A stretch of DNA of 64,000 bases from Felis catus. Lineage: Eukaryota. The DNA lies in assembly GCF_018350175.1 (NCBI RefSeq), contig NC_058368.1, positions 117,244,001 to 117,308,000 on the forward strand, in the 5' to 3' direction. Below the pieces are notes generated by a model. The model had not been told where the DNA came from. It did no database searches and was given only the letters and a program-made list of their open reading frames with translations. Positions 26,950-40,577 of the stretch are shown here, in pieces. How positions within the stretch are numbered: position 1 is the stretch's first letter; each line of letters begins with the position of its first letter. The position numbers and the translations under genes were made by a program.

Positions 26950-28380
26950 ATTTAAATACTAAAGGATTCCAGAGCCTCTGTTCTTAACCTCTATGCTACA
27001 CCAAAATTATTCTTGCTTAGGCTACTGACTTTCCTCCACCAGATCCAGAGGACCTGTCCTGTCCTGTTTTTAGGGGACTCTTGTCTTCATCTGACACTGC
27101 TGACTACTCCCACTTTTTTTTTTGTTTTTGTTTTGTTTTGTTTGTTTTTTGGGACTTGGGCCCTCACTACTCCCATTTCTTGTAACTTTATACCATTTTT
27201 CTTGCTGCTCCTTTCCAGTCTCCTTTCAGTTCTCCACCCCCCGCCCCCACTATTTACTTGCCCCTTTAGTATCAGTGGCCTTCAAAGCAACCTCATGGCT
27301 TCAACTATGACTCATGTGCTATCTTCTAAATTCCCATTTCCAGCCAAACCTTCCTCCTGATTTCTACACCCAAATGCCTAACATACCCATCCTTCTGGAG
27401 GAGTCCCCACAGGCATCTTAAATTCTACCCTAAAAGTACTCATTTCCACCCACCACCCTGCCACCTCATTCATGTCCACTACCCACTGCTCCTTCCCAAA
27501 AAGACCATTTGCTCCTGCTGGATTTTCCTTTTTCAGTAAACGGTACCCCTCTCACTAGAGTGATGTAAACCCAAGAAAACGTCTCCTTTATTCCCTCAGC
27601 CAATCACTAAGTTCCAGTATTTCTATCTTCTTAGTATCTTCTGCCTTCCTGCTCACTTTCACTACTACTTAAGTTTCCGGCCCTGATCACTTCTCATCTA
27701 GTTTTAAAGCGAGAACATAACCCATCTCTCTGCCTACAGTCTTCCTGTACCCCAGCAATCCAGCTTCAAAGTCACTGCTGAAGTAGCTTCTCCCCAAATT
27801 ACACAGGACAATATCACTCATTTTCCTGATTAACATCCATTCAATAAATTCCAAAGCTCTCAGGATAAAATAGATACTTTTTAGCCTAAGCCTGTCAGGA
27901 TTCTTCATGATCTGGCTTCTTTCTCTTTCTTGAAAGCTTCTTCTGCCACCACTCACCTGCATAGTCTTTACTCAGCTGTACTCAACTACTTGCAGTTTTC
28001 CAACTGCACAGTGTTACCTCGTGCTTCTGTGCCTTCACACATGCAGATCTCTCTGCTGGAAACAAGGCAGCCCACACTCTTCACTTCACTCATGACTAAT
28101 ACTTCTTTTAGCTCAGTTAAGCAGGACCTCCTCTCGAATGACATCTAGGATGTGCTCCTTCCAGTACTCCCCCCAGTTAATTTAGATGCCCCTTTCCCGG
28201 TGCTCTCATACACATCCTAGCACACCCCCATCAGAGCACTCATCAGTCTGTGTTGTTACCATTATTTACTCTTCTGTCTCTACCAGATGCATGCTTCCTG
28301 AGGACAGGGACTGTACCTTACTCAGCTTAGTGTCCCTAGCACATAAGAGGCACTTAGTAATTTCTGAATCACTAAATTAT
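26950..28380 (+). mobile_element. Decayed L2 fragments
   Basis: Pyrimidine-rich L2-like blocks ending in ttcctgaggacagggactgt...cctagcaca...gcacttagtaatttctgaat. Confidence 0.55.
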
Positions 28381-29476
28381 ATCTCCTAGACCATCCTTCC
28401 AGAAACTAATCTCAATTCTCTGAGTTCTGTTTTCCATATCAGTATCACTCAACTGGAAATAACAATGTCCTACCCCACGGTCGTATCATTTTCTAAAATA
28501 AGAGTTATTCTAGTTTTCTGGTCACAGAGATAATCTTGGGAAGAGGAATTACCTCACATTAGTTTCCATAAAAGGACTTACCCACAGATAATATTTAGTA
28601 ATATTTGCTGTCATTGATCTAGGTCTACACAGCAAAGAATGATGTGAAAGGTGTACTGTTTTCGTTTTATCAATGACTTTACTTACAGGTATGTGTATTC
28701 ATTTACTTGTGTGATCTTGGCCAAGTCACAACATCTAAACTTTGATCTTCTCATTTGGAAAAATGAGGACAAGAGCCACAATGCAAGACTGTGAGTGGGT
28801 TTTATGGAATATATACCCTTTCATCTCTGAAACACGTGTGTAGTATGTGCCTAATCGAGACTGCAACATGGCAGAACCTCAAATATTTATATGAACAAAC
28901 ATTTAAGTCTATAACTACTCAGCATTACCAGAGATCCACAACCAAACAACAACAACAAAATAAACATTCATCCTGATCATCAAATAAGTACTACCTGGAT
29001 CAACTTAGGGGAAAAGTTTCTGATCCTACTTTGAGAAGTACAGGGTTTACATTATTTGTTCTACACCACAAAGTTATTTTAGATTTAAATGCAATCAAAC
29101 CAGTGCTGCATTTAAAGGAAGTTCTTGAAGTTAAAAAGAAGGAAATGCACAATAGCTAGATATTTGTGGTAGATTTTCTGTGGAAGCAATGTAAATAGTA
29201 AAGGCTTTGAAATAAAAAAATCTGAAGTTCAAATCTCAGACTCCCTAACTACCTACTGGACTTGGCAAATTCCTAAAAGCCTTAACCTCTGTTTCCTTGC
29301 CATAAAACTAGATGCTAACAATCTTGTAGGTCTACTGAGGAATTAAACAAGATGCTGGAAGTTCTTACAATGCTTGGCTACATAAGGAGCTCCACAAATC
29401 AAGGGACTTGGATCCACCAAAATTAAGATTTCAGAAGAACCCCCTCACATTTCAAATAGTTGGGAACACAGAGTTA

Positions 29477-29674
<198 letters not shown>

Positions 29675-29849
29675 CTATTAGCAACAGTTTTCTTACTGCA
29701 TTCCTTCAAAGCTAACCTTCTCTCTAACCACCCACCCTCCTATTACTGACCCCCCTACCAACTATAGTCAACATCCTGTTCCTTTAACTGTTTAACATTC
29801 CTTTAACTGTTAGCAATAATGCTTTCCCACCTACATCATATCATTTACT

Positions 29850-29993
29850 GGCAGATCTTTCTCTGAAGGACCAGATGGTAAATATTTTAGGCTTTGCAGA
29901 CTATACGATCTGTCTCCACTGCTCAACTCTACCACTATAGCATGAAAGCAGAGATAATACGTAAACAAATGGGCATGTGGTTTGCCAACCTCT
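29850..29993. mobile_element. MER58-like hAT element
   Basis: ggaccagatggtaaatattttaggctttgcag...actgctcaactctaccactatagc...gtttgccaacc. Confidence 0.7.
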
Positions 29994-30097
29994 TACTAGA
30001 GTTTTCCACCATGTTATCCTTTGTGCTTATTAAAAATCCTGTTTATCCTTCAAGCTCCATCTTGAATAGGAATTCTCTTTAAAAATTTTCATTTCCA

Positions 30098-30308
30098 GGG
30101 TGCCTGGGTGGCTCAGTTGGTTAACCATCTAACGATTTTGGCTCAGGTCATGATCTCACGGTTCATGAGACTGAGACCTGAGTCAGGCTCTGCCCTGAGT
30201 GTGAAGCCTGCTTAAGATTCTCTTTCTCTCCCCCTCTGCCCCTCCTGCGTGCATACATGTGTGCTTCCCCCCCCCCCAAAATCAATAAATGAACATTAAA
30301 AAAAAAAA
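30098..30308 (+). mobile_element. CAN-SINE
   Basis: gggtgcctgggtggctcagttgg head, A-tail, TSD aaaaattttcatttcc / aaaaattttatttcc. Confidence 0.9.
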
Positions 30309-30496
30309 TTTTATTTCCCCAAATGCCTATGCTCTCCAAATCCCCAGTGAATTTGATACTTCTTTATTCTGTAAAGTTTTCCTTCTTAAATTAAACTGAT
30401 GCTTTGATGGTATTTGTTATCATACCTCATTCAACAATTATTCAATGTTTTGTGACATTTCTTGTGTATCATCTTGATCTTTTTAAACCCCGTTAC

Positions 30497-30610
30497 TTTT
30501 TTTGTTAAGATTTTACTTTTAAGTAATCTCTACACCCAGCATGGGGCTCAAACTTAGAATCCCAAGATCAGGAGTTGCACACTTCACTGACTGAGCCAAC
30601 GAGGCACCCC
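30497..30610 (-). mobile_element. Short CAN-SINE
   Basis: taagtaatctctacaccc...gactgagcca...ggcacccc. Confidence 0.85.
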
Positions 30611-31129
30611 AACCCTCTATTACTTTTTAAGTGTGGATACTTTCCCATCCCACCCACATTTTTAACTTCTGGAGCATGGACAAGATAATATTTTATTATC
30701 TCACTCTCTTAGCAGTTAGCATGATAGTAACATTCTCTAAGAAATAGGTGACACTGGCTATTGAGGAGGGCTGGGAAGCAGACAGGGAAACGGGAACTGT
30801 TCTGGATGGACAGAACTGTAAAATATTCTGTCCTTTGGTGTAACCTGGCGTCAACTCTTTTTAGGAAGCTCCATGGGAGTATCTCCACAAGGAGGGTCAA
30901 GAAACTGACAAAGCTAGTTGCTCTGAGGAGAGGAATGAGGTGCTTGAATACAAAAGTGTATTATAGTGAATAACTTCCTCATATACTGTTTGAATTTTCA
31001 TTAAACCACAAAAAAGTACTATCTGGTACAAATAAGAAAGACAGCAAACAAAAAAGAAAATTACATGGCAAAAAGTACCAAGAGCTATTAGAAACTCATC
31101 CTTTGGCCAGACAGTCCCAACTCAAAGAA

Positions 31130-31580
31130 GGTATGTGCCAGATTATTCTGGGCACTGTGAATAAAACAGCAAATGAAATGGATTCCTGCCTTCATGAATG
31201 TCATATTCTAATAAGAAGAAATAGACAATCAGTTAATACATAAAATAGTATATTAGTCATAGTTCTGTGAAAAAAAAAAATCAAGTAGGGAAGAGAATAG
31301 GGGAATTTCATGGGGTTTGGATTGTATCTTTGGTGGGGGGGTGGGGATCAGGGAAGGTCCTAGAATGTGACTTTTGAGAAAAGACTTTTTAGAAAGTGAG
31401 AGTACAAACCACATGAATATCTTCGGGGAGGGGAAAGCATTTCAGGCAGACAGAACAACAAATACAAAGGCCTGAGAAAGGAGCACGCTAGGTGTGCTGA
31501 AAGCAAAGCAAAAGGTCATTATGGCTACATGGAGTGAGGGAGAGGCTGGGAGAGTCACAGAGGTACTAAAGACAGATCAT
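31130..31580 (-). mobile_element. L2 fragment
   Basis: tatgtgccag...tctgggcactgtgaata...agcatttcaggcagacagaacaacaaatacaaaggcctgag. Confidence 0.6.
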
Positions 31581-31760
31581 ATAACAAAACAGAAATTATG
31601 GGTAGTGAGATAAAAATGGAAACGTAAAACATCCAGACTGTATCACAAAAACCTAGAAACAGGAAAGGAAAAAAGTAAAACTAAAGCTCTCATTTTATAC
31701 AGGCAAGTAGAAAGATATGTATTCATTACTGACGTTAAAAAAACAAAAAACAAAAAAAAC

Positions 31761-31992
31761 GGGCGCCTGGGTGGCTCAGTCGGTTAAGTGTCTGACTTTA
31801 GCTCAGGACAAAATCTCATTGTTTGTGGGTTCAAGCCCTGCATTGGGCTCTGTGCTGACAGGTCAGAGCCTAGAGCCTGCTTCAGGTTCTGTGTCTCCCT
31901 CTCTCTCTGCCCTCCCCCACTCACACTTGCTCACACGCTCTCTCTCTCTCTCTCAAAAATAAACATTAAAACAAAAATTAAAAAAAAAAAAA
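31761..31992 (+). mobile_element. Feline CAN-SINE
   Basis: gggcgcctgggtggctcagtcggttaag head, (CT)n, A-tail. Confidence 0.92.
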
Positions 31993-32832
31993 ACAGACCC
32001 AACTTGTTTGCTTGGCAATAAAATAAAAATAAATATGTGGTATATATACAAGAAAGAAAGGGACAGGGGCTTTAGAAAACTGAGTGGATCTGGGATAGGG
32101 GGCACCAGAGCAGAATTAGTCTGCTGTGAAAATAGAGCAGGCTCAACTGAGAATGAGAGCCATCATCTGAGGTAGAACTCCTGAGATTTATGGAATTTAC
32201 TTGCTACTCAGAAAGAAGGGTCAGAAAAGCAGTACTGAACCCTGGATGATGCTGAGCAGTCATAAAATTATTAATCTCATTTGGATGCAAATGGCTTCTT
32301 ACTCTCAGTTATATTTATCCTTTGCCACCCATCTGTGTTTGTAAGGAAGAGAATGTTAACAGAGTAAAAAATTACATCCCAGGAGCGGGGAGTTAAGATG
32401 GCGGAGAAGTAGAGGGATTTTCCTCATCCCTCAAACATAGCTGTACTGAGTTCAGATCACTTGCAACACCCAGGAAATCGATCTGAGGAGTGGCAGAAAG
32501 TTCTCCACAGGTGGAGGAGATAGCTTGGCAGGATCAAGGCTTCCCCACCTCCTGTTTTTTTTTTTTTTTTTTTTTTTTGCCCAGGGTTACTTCAACAAAT
32601 CAAAGCACACCTAGTTAAAGGTCCAAACGCTCCACCACTACAAGTAAGGAGGAGCTCTCCAGAGGACTGACCAGTGGGACAGAGTAGCCAAAACATATCA
32701 ACAGAGTGCACGCAACATACAGCAGAAACACTTCCTGGAGCACCAGGTCCCGAACAGGGTATGACCCCGTTTTAATATAGTAGTACTCTTAGATGCAGGA
32801 CATCTAACAAGCTTTTAAAACACGCAAAAGAT

Positions 32833-33048
32833 GGGGCACCTGGGTGCCTCAGCTGGCTAAGCGTCTGGCTTCAGCCCAGGTCATGATCTCATGGTTTGTG
32901 GGTTCGAGCCCCGCGTCGGAGTCTGTGGTGACAGCTCAGAGCCTAGAGCCTGCTTCGGATTCTGTGTCTCCCTCTCTCTCTGCCCCTACCCCATCTGCTC
33001 TGTCTCTGTCAAAAAAGTGAATAAACATTAAAAACAATTTTTTTTAAT
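32833..33048 (+). mobile_element. CAN-SINE nested in the L1 5' UTR
   Basis: ggggcacctggg head, tail, duplicated gcaaaaga flank. Confidence 0.9.
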
Positions 33049-35528
33049 ATGCAAAAGACAAGATGGAGGAAACTTAGCCAAAATGACCTGATGATGGAAT
33101 TCTCCCCAAAAGAAAAGTCAAGAAGAAATCACAGCCAGAGAATTGCACAAAACAGATATAAACAATATATACAAACAAGAATTTAGAATAACAGTCTTAA
33201 TACTAACAGCTGGGTTTGAAAAAAGCGTAGAGGACACCAGAGAAACCCTTGCTGCAGAGATCAAAGACCTAAGAACTAGTCGCGATGAATTAAAAAAATG
33301 TTATAACTGAAATGCAAAATAAACTAGGTACAGTGGCAAGACTGAAGAAGCAGATAAGAGAATGGGTGAAACAGAAGATAAAATTATGGAAAATAATGAA
33401 GCTGAAAAAAAGAGGAAAAGGAAATTATTAGCTAATGGAGATTAGACATGAAATGAAACACTATCTGTGTATCAAAGGAGTTCCAGAAGAAGACAAGCAA
33501 GAAAAAGTGCAGATGATATTTATTTGAAAAATTATAGCAGAGAACTTCCCTCATGTGGGGAAGGAAATAGGCACCTGAGTCCAAGAGGCACAGAGAACTC
33601 CCTTCAAAATCAATAAAAAAAGGTCAACAGCACAACATACCATAGTGAAACTGGCAAAATACAAAGATGAAGAGAATTCTGGAAACAGCTAGGGACAAAA
33701 CGTCCTTAACCTACAAGGATAGACACACAAGGGTAGTAGCAGACCTGCCCACTGAAACTTGCCAGGCCAGAAGGGAGTGGCAGGAAATATTCCATGTGCT
33801 GAATAGGAAAAATATGCAGCCAAGAATCCTTTCTCCAGCAAGGGTGTCATTCAGAATAGAAGGAGAGATAAAGACTTTCCCAGACAAACAAAAACTAAAG
33901 GAGTTCGTGACCACTAAACCAGCCCTGCAAGAGATCCTAAGGGGGACTCTGTGAGTGGAAAGCAGCAAAGACTACAAAGGACCAGAGGACATCACCACAA
34001 ACATGAAATCTACAGATAATACAATGGCCCTAAATTCATATCATTCAATAATCACTCTGAATGTAAACAGACTAAATGAATCAAAAGATACAGGATATCA
34101 GAATGGATTAAAAAAAAAAAAAAAAGATCCATCGTATATCCTGCCTATAAGAGACTGAGGACCGTGTAGGACACCTGCAGAGTGAAAGTGAGGGGATGGA
34201 GAACCATCTACCAGGCTAATGGATGTCAAAAGAAAGCTGGAGTATCCATACTTATATCAGACAAACTAGACTTTAAAACAAAGACTGTAACAAGAGATGA
34301 AGAAGGGCATGATATCATAATTAAGGTGTCTATCCATCAAGAAGAGCTAAGAACTGTAAATATTTATGCTCCCAAGTTAGAAGTACCCTAATATATAAAT
34401 CAATCACAAGTATAAGCCAACTTACTAATAACAATAGCATAATTGTTGGAGATTTTACTATTCCGCATACACCAATGGACAAAACATCTAAGCAGAAAAC
34501 CAACAAGGTAACAACAGCTCTGAATGACACACTGGATCAGATGGACTTAACAGATACACTCAGAACATTCCATCCTAAAGTATCAGAATACACATTCTTC
34601 TTGAGTGCACATGAAACATTCTCCTGATCACATATTGGGTCACAAATTAGCCCTCAACAGGTACAAAAAGACTGAGATCATACCATGCATTATCTCCAAA
34701 TCACAAGGCTATGAAACTTGAAATCAACCACAAGAAAAAATTTAGAAAGCACCCAAATGCATGGGGTTAAAGAACATCCTACTCAAGAATTACCGGGTTA
34801 ACCAGGAAATTAAAGAAGAAATTAAAAAATACACGGAAGCAAATGAAAATGAAAACACAAAAGTCCAAACCCTTTGAGATGCAGCAAAGGTGGTCCTGAG
34901 AGGAAAATACATTTCAATTCAGGCCTATCTCAAGAAGCAAGAAAGGTCCCAAATTCACAACCTAACCGCACACCTAAAGGAACTAGAAAAGGAGCAGTAA
35001 ATAAAACCCAAAGCCAGCAGAAGAAGGGAAATAATAAAGATTAGAGGAGAATTAAACGATGCAGAATCCAAAAAAAAACCACCAGTAGAACAGATAAATG
35101 AAACTAAGAGCTGGTTTTTTGAAAGAGTAAACAAAATTGATAACCCCCTAACCAGATTTCTCCAAAAAAAAAAAAAAAAAAGAGGACCCAAATAGATAAA
35201 GTCATGAGGGAAAGAAGAGAGATCACAACCAACACTACAGAAATACAAACTATTTAAGAGAATATTATGAAAAATTATATACCAACACACTGGACAATCT
35301 GAAAGAAATGGAGAAATTCCTAGACACTCACACACTACCAAACTCAAACAGGAAGAAATTGAAAATTTGAACAGGCCCATAAGCAGCAAAGAAATCAAAT
35401 CAGTTATCATAAATCTCCCAACAAATCAGAATCCTGGGCCAGATGGCTTTCCAGGGAAATTCTACCAGACATTTAAAGCAGTTAATACCTATTCTCAAAC
35501 TGTTCAAAAAAACAGAAATGGAAGGAAA

Positions 35529-35750
35529 GGGGGCGCCTGCATGGCTCGGTTGGTTAAGAGTCTGACTTTGGCTCAGGTCACGATCTCATGGTTTGTGAAT
35601 TCAAGCCCCGTGTCAGGCTCTGTGCCGACAGCTCAGAGCCTGGAGCCTGCTTCAGATTCTGTGTTTCCGTCTCTCTCTGCCCCTCCCCTACTTGTACTCT
35701 GTCTCTATCAAAAATAAATGAAAAATGTAAAAAAAATTTTTTTTTAAAAA
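35529..35750 (+). mobile_element. CAN-SINE nested in L1 ORF2
   Basis: TSD agaaatggaaggaaa / agaaacggatggaaa. Confidence 0.92.
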
Positions 35751-37018
35751 AGAAACGGATGGAAAGCTTGTAAACTCATTCTATGAAGCCAGCATTAGCT
35801 GGATTCCTAAACCAGTCAAAGACCCCACTAAAAAGGAGAATTAGAGGCCAATATCCCTGATGAAACTGGATACAAAAATTCTCAATATTAGCAAATCAAA
35901 TTCAAAAGTACATTAAAAGAATTATTCACTATGATCAAGTGGGGTTCATTTCTGGGCTGCAGGGCAGGTTCAATTTTTGCAAATCAATGTGATACACCAC
36001 ATTAATAAAAGAAAGGGTAAGAACCATATGATCATTTCAGTAGATACAGAAAAAGCATTTGACAAAATACAGCATCCTCTCCTGATCAAAACCCTCAAGA
36101 AAGTAGGGATAGAAGAAACATACCTTAATATAATAAAAGCAGTTTATGAAAGGCCCTCAGCTAGTATGATCCTCAATGGGGAAAGACTGAGAGCTTAGTC
36201 AGGAACATGACAGGGATGTCCACTCCCACCACTGCTGTTCAACATAGGGCTGGAAGTCCTAGCCTCAGCTGACAACAAAAAGAAACAAAAGGCATCCAAA
36301 CTGGCAAGGAAGAGGTCAAACTTTCAGTCTTCACAGATGAAATGATTAACTCTCATGGAAAACCCAAAAGATTCCACCAAAAAACTGCTAGCATGGATAT
36401 ACCAATTCAGCAAAGCTGTAGGATATAAAATCAACGTACAGAAATAGGTTGCATTTCTATATACCAATAATGATGCAGCAGAAAGAGTTTTCAAGGAACT
36501 GATCCCATTTACAATTGCACCAAAAACCGTAAAATACCTAGGAATAAACCTAACCAAAGAGGTAAAAGATCTGTATGCTGAAAGCTATAGAAAGCTTATG
36601 AAAGGAATTGAAGAAGATACAAAGAAATGGAAAAATATTCCATGCTTACGGATTGGAAGAACAACTATTATTAAAATGTTAATACTACACAAAGCAATTT
36701 ACACTTTGTGTACGCAATCCCTATCAAAATAGCACCAGCATTCTTCAAAGAGCTAGACCAATCCTAAAATTTGTATGGAACCACAAAAGATCCCAAGTAG
36801 CCCAAGTAATGTTGAAAAAGAAAACCAAAGCTGGAGGCATCACAATTCTGGATTTTAAATTGTATTACAAAGCTGTAATCATCAAGACAGTATGGTATTG
36901 ACACAAAAACAGACACACAGATCAATGGAATAGAGAACCCAGAAATAGACACAAATATATGGCAAACTAATCTTTGACAAAGCAGGAAAGAGTATCCAAT
37001 AGAAAAAGAACATTCTCT

Positions 37019-37245
37019 GGGGCGCCTGGGTGGCGCAGTCGGTTAAGCGTCCGACATCAGCCAGGTCACGATCTCGCGGTCCGGGAGTTCGAGCCCCGCG
37101 TCGGGCTCTGGGCTGATGGCTCAGAGCCTGGAGCCTGTTTCAGATTCTGTGTCTCCCTCTCTCTCTGCCCCTTGCCCGTTCATGCTCTGTCTCTCTCTGT
37201 CCCAAAAATAAATAAACGTTGAAAAAAAAAATTAAAAAAAAAAAG
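37019..37245 (+). mobile_element. Young SINEC_Fc nested in L1 ORF2
   Basis: CpG-intact ggggcgcctgggtggcgcagtcggttaagcgtccg... head. TSD aaaaagaacattctc / aaaaagaacactctc. Confidence 0.95.
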
Positions 37246-38658
37246 AAAAAGAACACTCTCATCAGCAAATGGCACTGGGAGAACTGGACAGCAACATGCA
37301 GAAGAATGAAACTGGACCACTTTCTTACATGAATAAATTCAAAATGGATGAAAGACCTATTGTGAGACAGGAAACCATCAAAATCCCACAGGAGAAAATA
37401 GGCAGCAACCTCTTTGACACCTTGGCCACAGCAACTTCTTACTTGACATGTCACCACAGGCAAGATAAATAAAAATCAAAAATGAACTATTGGGACCACA
37501 TCAAGATAAAAAACTTTTTTCTGCACAGGGAAGGAAACAATCAGCAAAACTAAAAGGCAACTGATGGAATGGGAGAAGATATTTGAAATGATATATCAGA
37601 TAAAGGGTTAGTATCCAAAATCTACAAACAAGTTACCAAACCCAACACCCAAAATCAAATAATCCAGTGAAGAAGTGGGCAGAAGACATGAACAGGCACT
37701 TTTCCAAAGAAGACATCCAGATGGCTAACAGACACACGCAAAGATGTTCAACATCACTCATCATCAGGGAAATACAAAACAAAACCACAATGAGATACCA
37801 CCTGACACCTGTCAGAATGGCTAAAATTAACAATTCAGGAAACAACAGAGGTTGGTGAGGATGCGGAGAAAGAGGATCTCTTTTGCACTGCTGGTGGGAA
37901 TGCAAACTGGCCGCAGCCACTCTGGAAAACAGTCTGGAGTTTCCTCCAAAAATTAAAAAAAGAACTACCCTATGACCCAGCAATAGCAGTACTAGGAATT
38001 TATCTAAAGGATATAAAAATGCTGATTCGAAGGAGCACATGCACCCCAATGTTTATAGCAATGTTATCAACAATAGCCAAATTATGGAAAGAGTCCAAAT
38101 GCCCATCAACTGATGAATGGATAAAGAATATGTGGTTTATATGTACAACGGAATACTACTCAACAATAAAAAAGAATGAAATCTTTCCATTTGCAACAAC
38201 GTGGATGGAACTAACGTGGATGGAACTTATTACACTAAACGAAATAAGTCAGAGAAAGATGTCATATGACTTCATCCATATGTGGAATTTGAGACACTCA
38301 ACAGATAAACATAGAAAAAGGAAGGAAAAACAACAAAAACAGAGACGGAGGCAAACCAGAAATACAGAGAACTGAAGGCTGCTGGACAGAAGGGAGGTCA
38401 GTGGGGGGATGGATTATGGGTGATGGGCATTAAGAAAGGCATTTGTTGGGACGAGCAATGAGTGTTATAGGTAAGTGATAAATCACTGGGTCCTACACTT
38501 GAAGCCAAGACTACACTGTACATTAACTAACTTTAAATATAAACAAAAAAGGGGACAAAAGGTACCTTTTTGCGGAAGATAGAACTACATGTAGCAATTC
38601 ATAACAACCACTAGACTAATGAGGAACTACTACAACTAATAATTTAGACAAGCATATG

Positions 38659-39227
38659 TGTTGAGGCCCCTTTTAGACCAGAGGCTTGAGCGACAGATTA
38701 TAGAAAGGACTCACAGTGACCCCTGGGGGCTGATTACACACAGGCCCATTAGGTGACCCCCCCCCCCTCAAGATATCCATAGGCCCTAACTGACCAATTC
38801 CATACATCCCTAGCCATACCTCCTCACCTTCCCTCTTTAAAAAAAATTTTTTTTTTAAATATTTATTTATTTTTGGTAGAGACAAAGCATGAGCAGGGGA
38901 GGGGCAGAGAAGGAGACACAGAATCGGAAGCAGGCTCCAAGCTCTGAGATGTCAGCACAGAGCCTGACGCGAGGCTGAAGTCAGACACCCAAGTGACTGA
39001 GCCACCCAGGCACCCCCTCACCTTCCCTCTTTAAAAACAGTCCCCATCCACTACCTCATTGCAGATAGCCTTTCCTCTGCTGTCCTGCCCACTGCTCCCT
39101 TGTGGGGGTGTATTCAATAAACTTATATCTGCTTTATTCTGCCTCAGGTGAATCCTTTCAGCACCTGCGCCATCAGCTTCCTTACCCCACATTAGGAGGC
39201 CTCCCTCAGATCAAGAATGACACCACA
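38659..39227 (+). mobile_element. Solo LTR with nested SINE
   Basis: TG...CA ends, perfect 5-bp TSD atatg (38654-38658 / 39228-39232), internal AATAAA at ~39116. Confidence 0.75.
38839..39017 (-). mobile_element. CAN-SINE (internally deleted) nested in the LTR
   Basis: TSD tcaccttccctcttt (38824-38838 / 39018-39032). Confidence 0.92.
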
Positions 39228-39620
39228 ATATGGACTTCTTAGCTCTACCAAAATGGAGTATCCCCACATAGAGGAAATATATTGTATTTAAAAACTGGGG
39301 AGGGTAAAGGGACCTGAATGGAAAGAGAGTTTCTATGCTTCACTGGAACTGGTAAAACATCAGTATCATTAGACTAGGATACGTTATAAGTGTATGTATA
39401 ATGTCACACCTGGAGGAACACCCAAACAACCTATATGAAGTGATAAACTCAGGTACTATACATTAATCAAAATGGAATCCTAACAAATGTTCAAAGAAAC
39501 ACAGTAAATTAAGAGAAAAAGATGAAACAAACAGAAAACACAATGACAGACTTAAGCCCTAACATTCAGTAATTACCTTTAATATAAAGGGTCTAAATAC
39601 AATAATTAACAGAGATAGGC

Positions 39621-40232
39621 TATAGTTTAAGTGCCTGACAATTAGCTTTTTGGATTCTGATGTATGAACCTGACTTTACGTTTCTGATTGCTGAGGCATC
39701 CATTTCAAAGACATCTATCTCCATATTGCCAGCTATACATCTATATAAAGAGCCAGGCTGCCCACCCATGAAGCTTCCCTTTCAGAAAGCCCTGGGTAAC
39801 CTAAAATAACTGTTTGAGTGGCCCCGCTTTTCTCTTACTGCAACTTAATTCTTGCTATTATGTTTTAAAGTCACCAATAGAGTCAACTGGCAAAACCCTA
39901 GGTACCCCACCCTTGACCCTGATAAAAGCAGAACTCCAGGGCTGGCCTTTCTCTCTTGCTCTACCAGAGACTTCGCTGTGTGGCCCCAGGTGTGTCCCGC
40001 ACACTCCAGGACCTGTGAACAATAAACTTTCTTTCAAAGCTCCCCGATAACTGTTGCTGAACCGCATCCTGCAATCATAGGAACCAGCTTCAGCATGGGT
40101 TCTGCTCAGGAAAATATGTGTGCGGGCTCCCTGCGTGTGTGGGAGCTTGTAGCAAGTAGCAGGGCTCAAATGAGTACCTCCAGGCATTCCAAGCTGACAG
40201 CGATACTGATGGGCTCAGACAGACACAAAACA
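39621..40232 (+). mobile_element. Solo LTR (ERV-type) inserted in the old L1
   Basis: Interrupts a continuous L1 motif (cagagataggc | atggcc...gacccaac). Contains CCAAT (~39875), TATA-like ataaaag (~39922) and AATAAA (40021), and ends in CA. Confidence 0.65.
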
Positions 40233-40372
40233 ATGGCCAAACAGATTAACAAAAGACCCAACAATATGCTGGTCTATGAATTTACTTCAAAAACAAAAAT
40301 AAAGGTAGGTTGTAAGTAAAAGGTTGAAAAAAGATACACCATGCAAATATTTTTTAAAAAAAGCAGTGTCTA

Positions 40373-40577
40373 GGGGTCCCTGGGTGGCTCAGTTGGTTAA
40401 ATGTCTGCCTATTAATTTCGGCTCAGATCGTGATCTCATGGCTCAGAGGATACAGCCCCACACTGGGCTCCATGCTGACAACATGCAGCCTGCTTGGGGT
40501 TCTCTGCCTCTTCTCTCTCAGTCTTCTCCCTCACCTTCTCTCTCTCAAAATAAATAAATAAGCTTTAAAAAAAAAAA
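40373..40577 (+). mobile_element. CAN-SINE
   Basis: ggggtccctgggtggctcagttgg head and A-tail. Confidence 0.88.

Larger units (their letters stand above)
32385..38550 (+). mobile_element. Near full-length, inactivated feliform L1 (5' UTR, ORF1, ORF2, 3' UTR), antisense to DIAPH1
   Basis: Start gggagttaagatggcggagaagtag. ORF1 remnant ...ARREWQEIFHVLNRKNMQPRIL...KLKEFVTTKPALQEILRG. ORF2 remnants: EN (AGVSILISDKLDFK), RT ([30 protein letters not shown]) and C-terminal ([22 protein letters not shown]). Many stops and frameshifts; three nested SINEs. Confidence 0.95.

Noticed and set aside
29779..29811. Short direct repeat ttcctttaactgtt resembling a U12 branch site
   Set aside because: It is on the strand opposite DIAPH1 and has no matching U12 donor. 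Probably a local duplication.
37019..37100. tRNA-like A/B boxes as tRNA genes
   Set aside because: These are the tRNA-derived heads of CAN-SINEs, followed by a (CT)n body and A-tail.
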